A stretch of 64,000 nucleotides of DNA from the NCBI GenBank assembly GCA_965603825.1, contig CBFDEM010000050.1, positions 62,001-126,000 of the forward strand. The letters are read 5' to 3'. This DNA is from Blepharisma stoltei ATCC 30299. Taxonomy: Eukaryota > Protista > Ciliophora. This document shows positions 38,355-49,988 of the stretch, in pieces. The translations under genes and the position numbers were made by a program. Every line of letters starts with the position of its first letter. The first letter of the stretch is position 1. The notes below the pieces were generated by a model. The model worked only from the letters and a program-made list of their open reading frames with translations. It was not told the DNA's origin and ran no database searches.

Positions 38355-39899
38355 TTAGTTTGTATCAAGTCTATTTGTACTGGCTGATGTAAAAAATCTA
38401 GACATGCCTGTTGAAGACATTTTGGACCTGGAGCTTAATGCTTTTGAAAGAATATCTTCAGCTTGGATTTTAGGAGTCAAAGATCATCCAAAGCGTTTTT
38501 GAGATAAGGTGTTAGGGCTAGATAAACTCCCATCAAACTGAGTATCAATTGCAAGCTTTAAAGCTCTTTTTTTCTTTTTACGGTAAGGGTCATTTTTCGG
38601 AGAAATTACTGCACAGCGCATCAAGGGCCTGAGTTTAAAAAAATCCTCACTTAATGTACCAACTGATGGGGTAGGCTCAAACAAGACGTTGATCCCATTT
38701 TTTTCTTTGAGATTTTCATAGTATTCTTTCATTCTTGAAGAAAGGCGGTTTGCACACACAGATTTTTCAACTGAAGAAATTTTTAGTTTTGATTCCAAAT
38801 TTTGCTTTCTTTCCTCAGAAATAATTTTCACTTTTTTAAATACTAATGGAGCAGCTTCATTATCCATTTGGATTTCTCTGACGAAAATTTTATTTGCAAA
38901 AATAAGCCACATTTTGCCGTTTTCATCTGAAACAAATTCAGCCTGCATTTTGAGAAGCTCAAAATGAGTGTGAACAGCTAAAAAATACGCAATTCTTTGG
39001 CAAATTAATTTGCAGTATTCAGTCTGATTTTCATTTTGCAGCCGATCTTCTAGCTCAGGATTTTCTGTAACTCCTGCATTTTTCAATTCCCCAATTGCAT
39101 GAATATCTTCTTTTTTATGAGAATAATAAGTGAAAAGTACCGATTCACCTATCCCGTTTCTACATTTCAAAGCAGTCTGAAGATAAGAAATATGTTTCCA
39201 ATAATTAACCCCAGGGTTTTCATAAATTATCTGAAAAATCTCATTTTCGTCCATAACTTTAATAGGGCCTTCTTCATCTCTGGGGTGGAGATTTTGCGAA
39301 AAATTGTCTTTATCGCCTATAAAATACCTCGCGCACATGATTTCGTTGCGATGATCTGAAGGATTAGGCTTGCTGCTTATTATTGTTCTTTGTCGCCTTC
39401 CAACTCCTCCACCACCTCCAACAGTTTCCCTTTTTCTGAATTTTACTACATTTGCAAAATTTTTGATCATTTCTTGGACTTTTAGCTTGTCAGCTGATTT
39501 TATGAATTTTAAGGTTTTATCTCGGCTTGGAGATAAAATAAAGGCTGGCTTTCCTTGTTTGAAGGCTGCAGTTTCAGGGATATTAATCCGGATGCCTTTA
39601 TCAAGAGAGGCTTCACCAAGTTTTTCAGCAAGCCAAATAAAGCTTTTTTGAAGACCATATACCATTAGATCAGAATCTTCAATTGAAAATTGAGGAGCTG
39701 TTTTAATTTTTCCTCTTGATTGTAAAAAACATACACTGCAGCTGCAAGAATAAGGAGGCAAAGATTGATCGAATTGAAATCCGCCTTTGGCAGTTGCAGA
39801 GAATGCATTTTCTTCATCTACAATATCATAGATATGGTCAATATTTCGGACTAGAGGAAGACGGAGCTCTAGATCATCTTCAGTTAAATTTGTACGCAT
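38355..39899 (-). CDS. Hypothetical protein (~514 aa)
   Basis: 471-aa ORF extends through TGA at 38484 to TAA at 38355. Confidence 0.78.
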
Positions 39900-39976
39900 A
39901 TTAATATATTTTAAAATTTATTATGTTTTAATTATTATTTCCAAAGTTTAAGGTTTCATAAAATATAGCCACACTG

Positions 39977-40567
39977 CTACAAAAATTCGCCGATTTCTCT
40001 TGCCATACCACTAGTTAGTCTGCCAAGTGAAGTGCCTTTATCTTTTAGTTTCTTATAAGCCCACAAAAATTTTCGAATTTCATATCCTCTCATGTCAGAA
40101 AAATATTTTTCACGTAAAAAATTTTTAATTTGCACTAATTTTCCGATTTTTAAGTTCACATTTTCACAGCCAAGCTGCACTTCTGGGGCTTGTTTATGTT
40201 TAATCAAATAGCAGCACATATAATAAGGCGTCCTATAATAATAGAGAGATTCTGCATGACAATCTGCTCCCATTTCTCATAGCCATTTGACAATATTAAA
40301 ATGCCCATTGATAGTTGCTAGATGTATTGCTGCCTGTCCATCGAAATTGCAAATATTAAGATCGATATTAAGGCTTGTATAAATTCATTTAGCAAGGTTT
40401 AATTTTCCCATATAGCAAGCGACATGTAGTATATTGCTGCCTAGAGTGTCAACTGGATCGAAAGGATCATGCTTCATTTCAGTCATCAATTTATTTAGAA
40501 GTAAAATATCATCCCTCTCAATTGCTGCTATGATCCGGAACTTTTTACCAAACTGTTTTTTAAGCAT
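39977..40567 (-). CDS. Ankyrin-repeat protein
   Basis: GSNILHVACYMGKLNLAK(W)I, DGQAAIHLATINGHFNIVKWL; same-frame join across TGA. Confidence 0.85.
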
Positions 40568-40657
40568 TTTTATTTAATTAATAGGCATTTTGTTTTGGAA
40601 GGTTTCAGCATTAATTGCAAGTTAAAACTTTGGTATGCTTACCTATCAAATTATCGA

Positions 40658-40665
40658 TTTCGCGC
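40658..40665 (+). promoter_or_regulatory. Canonical E2F site TTTCGCGC in the ankyrin/PCNA divergent spacer
   Basis: Exact TTTSSCGC match in an AT-rich spacer, about 315 nt upstream of PCNA. Confidence 0.4.
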
Positions 40666-40959
40666 CCCAGCCTCATATAAACACTCTTAAATTATCTTAT
40701 CTTTTTCAGAATAAAGCTATAGCAATCATCATAAAAAATTAAGTTATAGCTATTAATTAATTCATAATGAAAAACGCTTTCAAAGTTTCATAAGATGCAT
40801 AATCTTCATTATTTGATAAAATTGGAATAAATAAAATTATTAAATCTAACACCCCCAATTTTAAAACAGTTAAGACTTCAGCCTTATATTTAAGCAAATT
40901 CTAAGTATAAAATCTAAATTGATTCTAATATAGATAAGTCCATTTACCGGCAACTCTCA

Positions 40960-40967
40960 TTTGGCGG
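40960..40967 (+). promoter_or_regulatory. E2F-like site TTTGGCGG upstream of PCNA
   Basis: 12 nt before the ATG; same 8-mer as at CAP-D2. Confidence 0.6.
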
Positions 40968-40979
40968 GTTATAATAAAA

Positions 40980-41753
40980 ATGTTCGAAGCATTACTCGGC
41001 AATGGTCTGATCCTCAAAAAAATTATCGAAGCCATTAAAGAGCTCGTATCTGAAGTTAACCTCGAAGTCACAAGTGAAGGTCTCAGCATTCAAGCAATGG
41101 ATGCCTCCCATGTAGCATTAGTAGTCCTTAGTCTCCGAGCTGAACAATTCGAAGAATACCGCTGTGACCGCCCTCAGACTCTCGGCGTCTCCATCGGAAA
41201 CCTCGCAAAATTAATGAAAATTGCTGGCAACGACGACTCCATCACTCTCAGAGCTGAAGACGACGCCAATATTCTAACCTTAACTTTCACAGGCAAAAAC
41301 AACGAAAGAGTCAGCGAATTTAACCTCAATCTATTGACCTTAGACTCAGAACACCTCGGAATCCCTGAACAAGACTACTCTGCAGTCATGAAAATGTCCA
41401 GTGCTGAATTTTCCAGAATTTGCAGAGAACTGACCCAAATTACAGACACTTTAAACCTAGCAGTTGATAAAGAAGCTGCTAAGTTCGCCGTTTCTGGAGA
41501 CATTGGAGCTGGCTCTATCACAATGAGGCCTAACGACTCTGACAAAGCTGAAGAAAAAATGTTTTTAAGGGCAACTGAGCCAGTTTCTATGGCCTTTGCA
41601 TTGAGATACCTCAATTTATTCAACAAAGCGGCCAGTCTTTCAGACGAAGTCACACTTAGCATGTCCCCAGAAGTCCCAATTGTGCTGCAGTTTGGATTTG
41701 ACTTAGGAGAGCTTAAATACTTCTTAGCCCCAAAGATCGCTGAAGAAGCTTAA
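40980..41753 (+). CDS. PCNA: Proliferating cell nuclear antigen
   Basis: MFEA.L, QAMDASHVALV, YRCDR, LDSEHLGIPEQDY, FALRYLN.F.KA, LKYFLAPKI. Confidence 0.98.
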   Translation: MFEALLGNGLILKKIIEAIKELVSEVNLEVTSEGLSIQAMDASHVALVVLSLRAEQFEEYRCDRPQTLGVSIGNLAKLMKIAGNDDSITLRAEDDANILTLTFTGKNNERVSEFNLNLLTLDSEHLGIPEQDYSAVMKMSSAEFSRICRELTQITDTLNLAVDKEAAKFAVSGDIGAGSITMRPNDSDKAEEKMFLRATEPVSMAFALRYLNLFNKAASLSDEVTLSMSPEVPIVLQFGFDLGELKYFLAPKIAEEA

Positions 41754-41778
41754 TTTTTAATTAAAAATTTGAGATTAA

Positions 41779-42300
41779 TTATGTTTTTATTCGTTTGCAT
41801 GGTACAAATTCACTGTCAATTTTGCGCTTGAAATTATATAGGTCGTCTATGGCCATATAGTCTTCATAAAAAGCTCCAAAATTATTGTCGCTGGTATTAT
41901 TATATTTTCCTGCTGCTGCTGCTGCTGCTGTTTTTTGGTTATAAATTGGCTTAGTTTTGTCATCTTCTATCATCAAAAGTGGGGCTTTATAAATTTCTAT
42001 TTTCTTAGCTGGCAGCGGGACTGAAGATTTCGTATTGAAATATTTTGGGGTTTGCGTAAGAATCATTGATTCGTAATTTTTTACCCTTTTCTTTTGAAAT
42101 TTGGCAAGGCTTGCCAGGGTGCTGCTTAGAATTTCAGACTCTTTTAATTCGGCGTCAAGTAATAGATCCTTTTTAACTTCTGGAATTCAAGTGACTTGCA
42201 AAATAGGAGGGTTTTCTGGAGGGTAGCAGCTGTAAGACCATGAAATTGTTTGGCTCTCAACTTCTGTGCTTTGAGGTTCAATATCCATAGTATCGTTCAT
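41779..42300 (-). CDS. Hypothetical protein (~173 aa) with poly-Ala tract
   Basis: ATG 42300 is in frame with ORF 41779..42066 across one TGA. Confidence 0.65.
41911..41930. repeat. (TGC)n microsatellite encoding poly-Ala
   Basis: tgctgctgctgctgctgctg. Confidence 0.85.
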
Positions 42301-42491
42301 CGCTTCTAGAAAATGATTATAAAGTCCCTAGCTATTTTCATATTTATTTTTAGTAGAAAAATAAAATAAAGCTTTTGGATAGGATTATTATAGATATAAG
42401 AAAATTGAGCCATAGGATACAATGATTTTAATCTATCAATTAAAATTAATGTTTTTTTTTTTAAATTTAATAAATATAAATAATAACATAT

Positions 42492-43970
42492 TTATTCAGC
42501 AGGCTTAACAAATTTCCCATCTTTCCACACTCCTCTCATAACTCTTCCATCAGCCTCTCTTAGTATCCCTGCTCCATCCTGCTTATCTTTCTTAAACTCT
42601 CCTTCATATTTACTTCCATTTCTATATATCATGCAGCCATATCCATGTCTGACCCCATCAAGCCATTCTCCTGTATATTCTCTTCCATTGGCCCACTTAT
42701 GTTTTCCTACCCCACACATCCTATTTCTTTTCCATTCTCCTACATATACACTTTTATCTTCCCACGTATATTCCCCCACACCTTGTTTTTCGTCTTGAAA
42801 ATAATTCCCTATATATTGATTTCCTGAAGCCCATGCTGTTTTGCCTATCCCATGCTGTTTATCATTAAGCCATTCTCCTTCATATGAATCTCCACTTGTC
42901 CATATTTGTTTACCCTTGCCGTCTCTCATATTATTTCTTCATTCTCCTAGATATATAGTTCCATTATCATAGCGGTATTGCATAAAAGTTCTTTCCCCTG
43001 CAAGGAGTCCTGCAGAAGGTAGAGAAATTGTGTCAATTTTTTCTTTGATGGCTTGGATTTCTTGGTTAATTTGAGACATTCGGGAATTTATAGAGTCCAT
43101 ACCTCTAAGCTCTATTGTGGTCCTACGAGGGCTTTCTTCTTGATTTGGCTGGCTGTTGTGGCTTTGCAGTACAAGTTTGCTAGGGACTGAAGCAGTTGAG
43201 GAGGTTTGGGAAGATTTTATTTGTAAAGAAGGCTGCTGAGGTTGCCGCTTGGCTTGGTTTTCTGATAATGGTTTCACACTTGACTTGTTAGGCTCATTTT
43301 TAAGCATTTCTTGTTTAAGCCAAAGCCATACTATATAAATCTTACAGAATCCATCACTGATAATGTCTTTCCACTTCGCTAAATTCCCTCCGCTTCCAAA
43401 GGTATCTTTTGGAGCTACATGGACCCTTTTCCATTCTCCTTCATACATATCTCCATCTATATGTGTGAATTTTCCAAAGCCTGATGGCTTTGAATATGAC
43501 CAGTTTCCTTCATATTTCGCCCCATCTGGCCATTCCATTGTACCATACCCATCTCTAAACCCTCCTAGTCAAAGGCCTGTATAAATTGCTCCTGATTTAT
43601 AGCGATATGGTTTTCTATTTTGTCTACGTGAGGAAAAACCTATTTTATTGCTCAAAGTTTCGAATATTTCCTGCTTGGAGAAATAAGCATGATTTGGCTG
43701 ATTTTGGCGTTTTAAGTGCCGGACAAGTTTTCTGACTGAGTAGCCTCGTCAGACTGCGACTAGTTTAGGCACAACAGGTTTGAGATGGGCGAGGCTAGGG
43801 GAAAGTGATAGTTTTGGAGCTGATTTTACTATATCAGAGTTCATAGATGGCAAGGAAGAAGAAGGCTCATAAGTGAGATCCTATTTATTATTTACACTTT
43901 GGGTGTTTACTTCTTGCTGTTTTTCTAGTATATGTGTACAGTCACAGGTTTTGCAATTTAAGTTTCCCAT
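42492..43970 (-). CDS. MORN-repeat protein with N-terminal acylation motif and IQ-like motif; two 15-nt introns
   Basis: MGNLNCKTCDC start; LVAV(W)RGYSVRK; many Y.GEW...G.G MORN units in two blocks. Confidence 0.9.
43331..43345 (-). other. 15-nt spliceosomal intron (in frame, stop-free)
   Basis: GTAAGATTTATATAG; A at position 10; removal gives DGF-LWLW. Confidence 0.7.
43881..43895 (-). other. 15-nt spliceosomal intron
   Basis: GTAAATAATAAATAG; removing it eliminates the only in-frame TAG. Confidence 0.88.
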
Positions 43971-44124
43971 TTATTAATTTTAACAATTAGTTGTATATAT
44001 TAATTTTTCCTTGCTAAAATCATCAATTAATTAATTTGACTGGATTTTTGTATGATTGGACTTATTATTCAAGTGAAAATGTAATATGATCAATAATCAT
44101 GACAATTATAATAGAAAATGATGA

Positions 44125-45018
44125 TTATGAGTTTTTCAAATCATCAATATTTCGCAGCTGTGTTTTGGTTTGCAATACAAATGCTTCTAGCATGGCCCTT
44201 TTGGCGTAAAGTTCTTGAAGTCTTTTTCTTTTTTCTTCTGCAGATAAATTTTCACTGCTTGGGTTACTCGGAACTGCAGAAACTTTCACAGTTTCTAAAG
44301 TCTCCAAAAGGCTATTAACAGATGGCTGGGTTACAGGGGTTTTTCCTGGCTCTGCAAGTAAACTATCTATAAGCTCATCTTCATTTCAGGCTTTTCCCAT
44401 AAACTTTATCTGCTCTTTACTCTCAAATAAAGTTGGCTTTTTTTTCTCTGGATCTTTCTTAATTGATGACATTTTTCTTTTGATAGTGCCGTAATATCGG
44501 TTTTTTACAGCTACAGAAGGTTTTCCATTCAAAAAGCCGGCAATTTTCTTTCAGTTACCTCCATAAGTATTATAGAGCTTAATAATTAAGTTGTCTTCTT
44601 CACGAGTTCATTTATTCTTTTTTGATTCTGAATTCTTATTTTTCCATCTTTTGTGTCCAGGTGCAGGGATTTTGCTTTGAATATGATTTGAATCAGCTTC
44701 AGTGCTAATTTCAGAATTTTCTATTAAACTTAGGTGAATAAGGCTATTTCCAGGAGTTTGATCGTTTTCTGATATTTTATCCTCTTCACAACTCCAATTT
44801 ACTTTACTAATTTTTGATATTTGAGATAACTCATCCAGCTCTGATATAGCTGGAGAACGTGGGACAGGAGATCACGAATCAAGATTTAGCCATGGATCAT
44901 CATTTATTATTGCAAGAGGTTCATGGGTTTCAGCTCCAGTTTCACAAAGATTTTCAATTTCCGGGAGATTTTCATCCCAATAGTCAGAAGCACTGTGTAT
45001 TGCATTTTTCCAGTCCAT
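44125..45018 (-). CDS. Myb/SANT-domain transcription factor (mostly invisible in the standard-code track)
   Basis: KNK(W)TREEDNLIIKLYNTYGGN(W)KKIAGFLNGKPSVAVKNRYY; both conserved Trp are TGA. Confidence 0.88.
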
Positions 45019-46081
45019 TTAATTTATATTTATTCTCACTAAAACTTAAACGTCATTAAAAATTGTATGCTTTAGAATTTATGGAAACTTCGACATATTA
45101 TTTTTATTGTATGATAGGCGTTAATCTCAAAATATAATAAATATTTTTCGAGAGTTGAAATTTTGATAATTATGGAAAAATATTTATAATTAAAATATCA
45201 GAATAAAAAATGAAGCTGTTGAGATTATGGATTATTTAAAAAGATAAAAAAAATTAATATAAAATAAAAATTATTTCGATGATCCTTCAATTATTAAAAA
45301 CGGTAATTGTTTTTAATTTTTTTGAAATAGTTATATTGTGTTGAATTGCGGTAAAATATTGGAAAGGATAATTTATAAATAATAATCTTTATTGGTATTT
45401 TGCTCGGTTATAAAATAAGTGTTTTATAATTTAAAATTCATAGAAAAAAGGAAATTAAAAATTTTTCACCATTTCTTCAAAAGATGATTATTAAGAAAAT
45501 AATTATTTTTCTTCTGAAGTGCAGAGAATTTTACTACCTAAATTACGAAATCTAATAAATTATCTTGCATGCTAAATAACTTTAATAAACTGTTAATAAT
45601 TTATTTTTTAAAGATTATTTATCATTAGTAGATAGATCGACTTTTCTTACATATTGAAAATTGTCATTAAGAGCATCTAGCATTGGAAATTATTTAAATA
45701 AATTTTTATATTCAGAATTTATTATGATTTATTTTATAATATATTAATTTAACTGAATCATATAATGCATTTTTCAACTCTGCTTTATCAATCTTTGCTC
45801 TTTTTGATGATTAAATTCCTATGATTATAGGTTTATAATAGTCAATCATTCAAATAATATATATAATATTTACATGGTGGCAATGATTATAAAAAGTCTA
45901 GCTGCAATTATTATTTAAATTATTTATGATAGTGCTGCAGTTTAATGAATGCTAATGTTCTAGTCACATATATCTTTGTTAGGAGTGTAAATAAAAATAG
46001 ATCGTTTAATAGAATCTATATTAAAAATGGAAACATTTACTTCAATATAGGTTTCAAAATTGAGATAAATAATTAAAATAA

Positions 46082-47014
46082 ATGAATTCATTTAGAGCAA
46101 AGAGCACTAAAAACTTCCAAGGCGTTTCCGTGTCTAATAAAATGCCACATATCCAAGACTACACCTACATGAATGAGGTTTCCTTAATCAATACGGACAT
46201 TTACAAAGACATTAATAAAAAATCCAAAGAGCTAATGATAGAAACAGTCAGCAAGTCAAAAGACCATATTATTAGCATCATCAAAGACCTTAAATTAATG
46301 ATTTCTAAAGAAGCCACTTCAAGCTCAACTCCCCCAAAAAAATTCACTTTTCTATATAAAAATCTGCAGATGTCTATAATTTCTTTAAAGTCTGCCTTAC
46401 AAAATCTAGATAAAATTCTCAAAGAAATTCTTATAACAAACCAAGTCTGCATCTCAAAAATGCTGGACTCGATTGAATTAGGCTTGATAGGATCTTCAGA
46501 ACGGCTAGAAGAAATAATCAGTAACATTAAACCTTTGCAGCTTGATATTAAAAATGTCGATGGGGTGTTAAATATCAAAATAAAACATTTAAAGAGATAT
46601 ACTAATGCCAATAGTTTATTTACATACAAATTATCAAGAAAGCGTTATGAAACTATGCTGCTAAAAGACCGAACTGAAGAAACATTATCATCTTATAAAA
46701 CAATTGGTAAAAGAATGTATAAGCTGAAAAAATACGACACATCAATTGAGTATCTTTTAAAGTTTATCGAATACCAAAATACGGAAAAATATAGTAAAGA
46801 TACATTTGAGGTGCTATCTTTATTAGGAAAATCATATTATATGTCTGGAGAATATGCAAAAGCCCAAGAATATTTCAAAATTGCAGAAAAAACAATTGAA
46901 GATATATGCTCTTTGCAGTCGTCAAGAAGAAAAAAAATTGAAGAAATGATGGCAAGGGTATCTAAAAAACTTGAGCTTATAAATGAGCAAGAATTATCAA
47001 ATTTTTTTAATTAA
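46082..47014 (+). CDS. Hypothetical protein with C-terminal TPR-like repeats
   Basis: IGKRMYKLKKYDTSIEYL / LGKSYYMSGEYAKAQEYFKIA. Confidence 0.75.
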   Translation: MNSFRAKSTKNFQGVSVSNKMPHIQDYTYMNEVSLINTDIYKDINKKSKELMIETVSKSKDHIISIIKDLKLMISKEATSSSTPPKKFTFLYKNLQMSIISLKSALQNLDKILKEILITNQVCISKMLDSIELGLIGSSERLEEIISNIKPLQLDIKNVDGVLNIKIKHLKRYTNANSLFTYKLSRKRYETMLLKDRTEETLSSYKTIGKRMYKLKKYDTSIEYLLKFIEYQNTEKYSKDTFEVLSLLGKSYYMSGEYAKAQEYFKIAEKTIEDICSLQSSRRKKIEEMMARVSKKLELINEQELSNFFN

Positions 47015-47077
47015 GCTCAATAAGGCCATTCATCATTGAATTACCTTATAAGTATTTAATTAAACTTAAATATATCA

Positions 47078-49804
47078 TTAATTTTTCAAAAAAATCTTAA
47101 AGGGACACACATAAGCTGCCAGTTTCTTAAACGAGCTTTCAAGGTCTTCATAAACAGTATCCATCAATATCCCTCTTTTCGTCATTTTTACTAGCTCATT
47201 CAACAAATTCCTCCCAAACGAATGACTATTTACCGAAAGGACCACAAGATTCGCTGGCGTGCTCCTTATAATTTTTTCTAATTTTTCAAGCTTTATATTA
47301 CTCCCTTTTTCTTCTCCATCTGTAATCACAATAACCCATTGATGATTTTGTGTATCATTTTCCAAATAAGAATCCTCAAAATAAAAATTACAGGCAATAA
47401 TTTGTTTATAAGCCTCCGCAATCCCATCTAATAAAACCCTTTTTTCTTTTCTTAATTTATATTCTGGGAATTTTATGTCTTTTGAAAGCCGCTTGGTAAG
47501 ATTGAATAAAATTCTACAAGAGTCATCAAAATTAATTATAGAAAGACGGTCTTTAGGATCTACAATGTCTTTTATAAAAGTTTTAAGGTTTGCGTGCATA
47601 TAGGAGCTTCCTAATTTTGTGTCCATGGCGATTACGATATCTTGTTGCCTCTCTTCTACTGTGGTTAAGGCTGCATTTAGTTCGTCGACTGGTAATCTTT
47701 GGCTTTCGAAAATAGAAATTAGTCTTTTAATGGACTGTTTTCTGATTGCTGGGTCGAAATATTGATAGTCTTCTATACAAGATAAAAATAGATCAGCTGC
47801 AAACATAGTTTTTGACTGATTTTGTAGGTGGACTCCAAGATAGTACTTTTGCCTCTGCATCAAAATGTCTTGTAAGGAGTCAACTGGCCTTTTTTCTAAT
47901 AATGATTGGGCTTCATCAAGTGCTGCTTCAGGGTTTCTAAAATCAGCTAAAAGCCCTTCTGCGTAATCTATTAAGCAAAACACAATTTCTGGAGAATTTG
48001 GCTCTTTTCTATAAAACTCCAAAGCTTCTTCAAACAGATTTATAGCTTCTTCTGTTTTAACTCTAGCAAGCATCATTGCTCTCGCTGTTTGGGATTTTCG
48101 CTTTGCTAATAATTTTTCAGAAAATCCTTCAATTTGTTGGGCAAGCTGATAAGAATTATAATAGCTTGTGGCCGCTTCTAAATACTGATGGTTTCTCAAA
48201 TGAATATTTCCAAGCTCCAGATAGCACATTTCCATAGCTTTTTTATTGCCAAAAGTGGAATACAATGATAGTGCTTGAGAGTAATTCATGATCGCGTGGG
48301 TTTCTTGTTTAAAATTATCAGTATCTTTAAGCTTGAGAACGAGTCTTAGCCTATCAAAAACTTCATATAAGGTTTCCATTTCTGGGGGGCCTGGAGTATA
48401 TTGTTCTTTTATGTCTAAGCCTAAATCATGATTTACAAGCCTTTCTAAGATTTCTAATAATTTGTCAATTGGAGCTACAATAGATGAAGCTATGTTTTGG
48501 GTCATATACCAGCATAATAATGCAATAAGGACTAAAACCCCTGCAAAAATCCCAGTTTCTATGTACATCATATTTTGGCAGTCATCTTTTAGACCGTCAA
48601 TTTTTTCATAAACTTGACTTTCTGGTGTGACTATTCCTATAGAAAGATAATGAGTCATAATTGACTGAGAAAATGTCATCCTCAAGTTTATAGGGGAAAC
48701 TGCAATTATCATTTTTTCGCCATTTTTATAGTAATTTCCTAAAGAGCTTTCATTTTTGCTGAATTTTGGTAAAATTTCATTTGTAAAATAATCGACTTCA
48801 TCTTGATCAGGATTTGAGCCAAATTCAAGCTGCTGGATTGAAGGTATTGTAGGATTATTTCTATTTAAGTTAGGGTGTAAAACAACTTTTCCTGTTGTGT
48901 CTAATGAATAGCAGTACGATGACGTATTTTTCAGCGAATTTATTATATGGGTTTCTATCGTGTCAAGATAATAATCAATGCATACAGCAGCTTGCATTGC
49001 GCTGCTAATCCAAATTCCTCTGCATGCAGTTTGGCCTAAATTATTTGTATTGGTAAATAAATACGGCTCAGTTAAAATTGCAGCTGTTTTATTGGTCGCA
49101 TTTTTTGTATCTTGATACCATGGTCTACACCTTGGGTCAAACTGAGGTGGCCTATGAAGATTATAAACGCATTTTCCTGAATAGTCTCTGTATACAATAA
49201 ATCCGCTATATTGTGATGGATTTGAATAAAATAGCCCATCAGATGACCATCCTATATAGTCTTGTGCAAAATATCAAGGTCTGATCTTCCCAATTGATGC
49301 TATGGGCCTTAAAAAACTGTCAAAAATAGCGGAAGACTTCAAGTTCAAGAGAGATTGGGTAGAAAGTTGTTGTGGAAAAATCTGATATGGATTTAAATAT
49401 CATACAGCAGCTTCATAGCTTTTATTTGTAGATGAGTCATAGCCAGGCGGAAATGACTGTTTTAAGTCAAATAATTGCCCATTTACATAATTATTGGAAT
49501 CATCAAAATAAGGCTTTGTTTTTAGCTGCTTTTGGTTGTATTTATCAATTAAGGCTCCTGCAATGATCATCAGGTTAGCAGAGTATTGAATAACTGAATA
49601 TGAGCCAGCTAATGCCATGTACTCGCTCATATTTAGCAAAGCAACTCCTTGACTATAGGTCATATCATCTATATAATTGTCTAATCATTTGGGGTATTCA
49701 ACATATAAAGGAACAGCAGCTATGACTCCAGTAATAATTATTCCAGTCATTAAAGGCAAAAGAATGCCGCATAAAATTTTTCGCCTGAGCCCTCGTTTAC
49801 CCAT
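47078..49804 (-). CDS. Membrane sensor: TM-dCache-TM-HAMP-TPR-vWA (~908 aa)
   Basis: One frame from ATG 49804 via three TGA. TM1 ILCGILLPLMTGIIITGVIAAVPLY; Cache motifs YIGWSSDG, FDPRCRPWY, TEPY, VCID, LDTTGKVVLHP; TM2 IFAGVLVLIALLCWY; HAMP IVAPIDKL...EMETLYEVFDRL; TPR helices; vWA DIVIAMD, IINFDD, VIVITDG. Confidence 0.82.
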
Positions 49805-49915
49805 TTTATTTTTGTAAAAATTCTAAGTTATTATACAAATTATTCAATTTTGAGATTATGTATAAGTTATAAAATTGGATGCTGTATTAAATGAAAATAA
49901 TTATGTAAGTATCAC

Positions 49916-49988
49916 TCCGCATTTGTCTAGCTGGTTAGGATATCAGGCCTTCACCCTGAAGACCCGGGTTCGAGTCCCGGATGCGGAA
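49916..49988 (+). tRNA. tRNA-Glu (anticodon TTC), with C at position 33
   Basis: Acceptor TCCGCAT/ATGCGGA; anticodon stem TCAGG/CCTGA with loop CCTTCAC; T arm CCGGG-TTCGAGT-CCCGG; oligo-T terminator downstream. Confidence 0.93.

Noticed and set aside
38510-38517. TGTTAGGG, one heterotrich telomere-like unit
   Set aside because: Single copy inside a CDS; expected by chance
44125-45018. Selenocysteine or Cys reading of in-frame TGA
   Set aside because: TGAs align to Trp of Myb repeats, not Cys; no selenoprotein family recognised in the window
49948-49954. UCA-anticodon (Trp/Sec suppressor) tRNA
   Set aside because: The centred anticodon in the 7-nt loop is TTC and the body is Glu-type with a short variable loop; UCA would need an off-centre register
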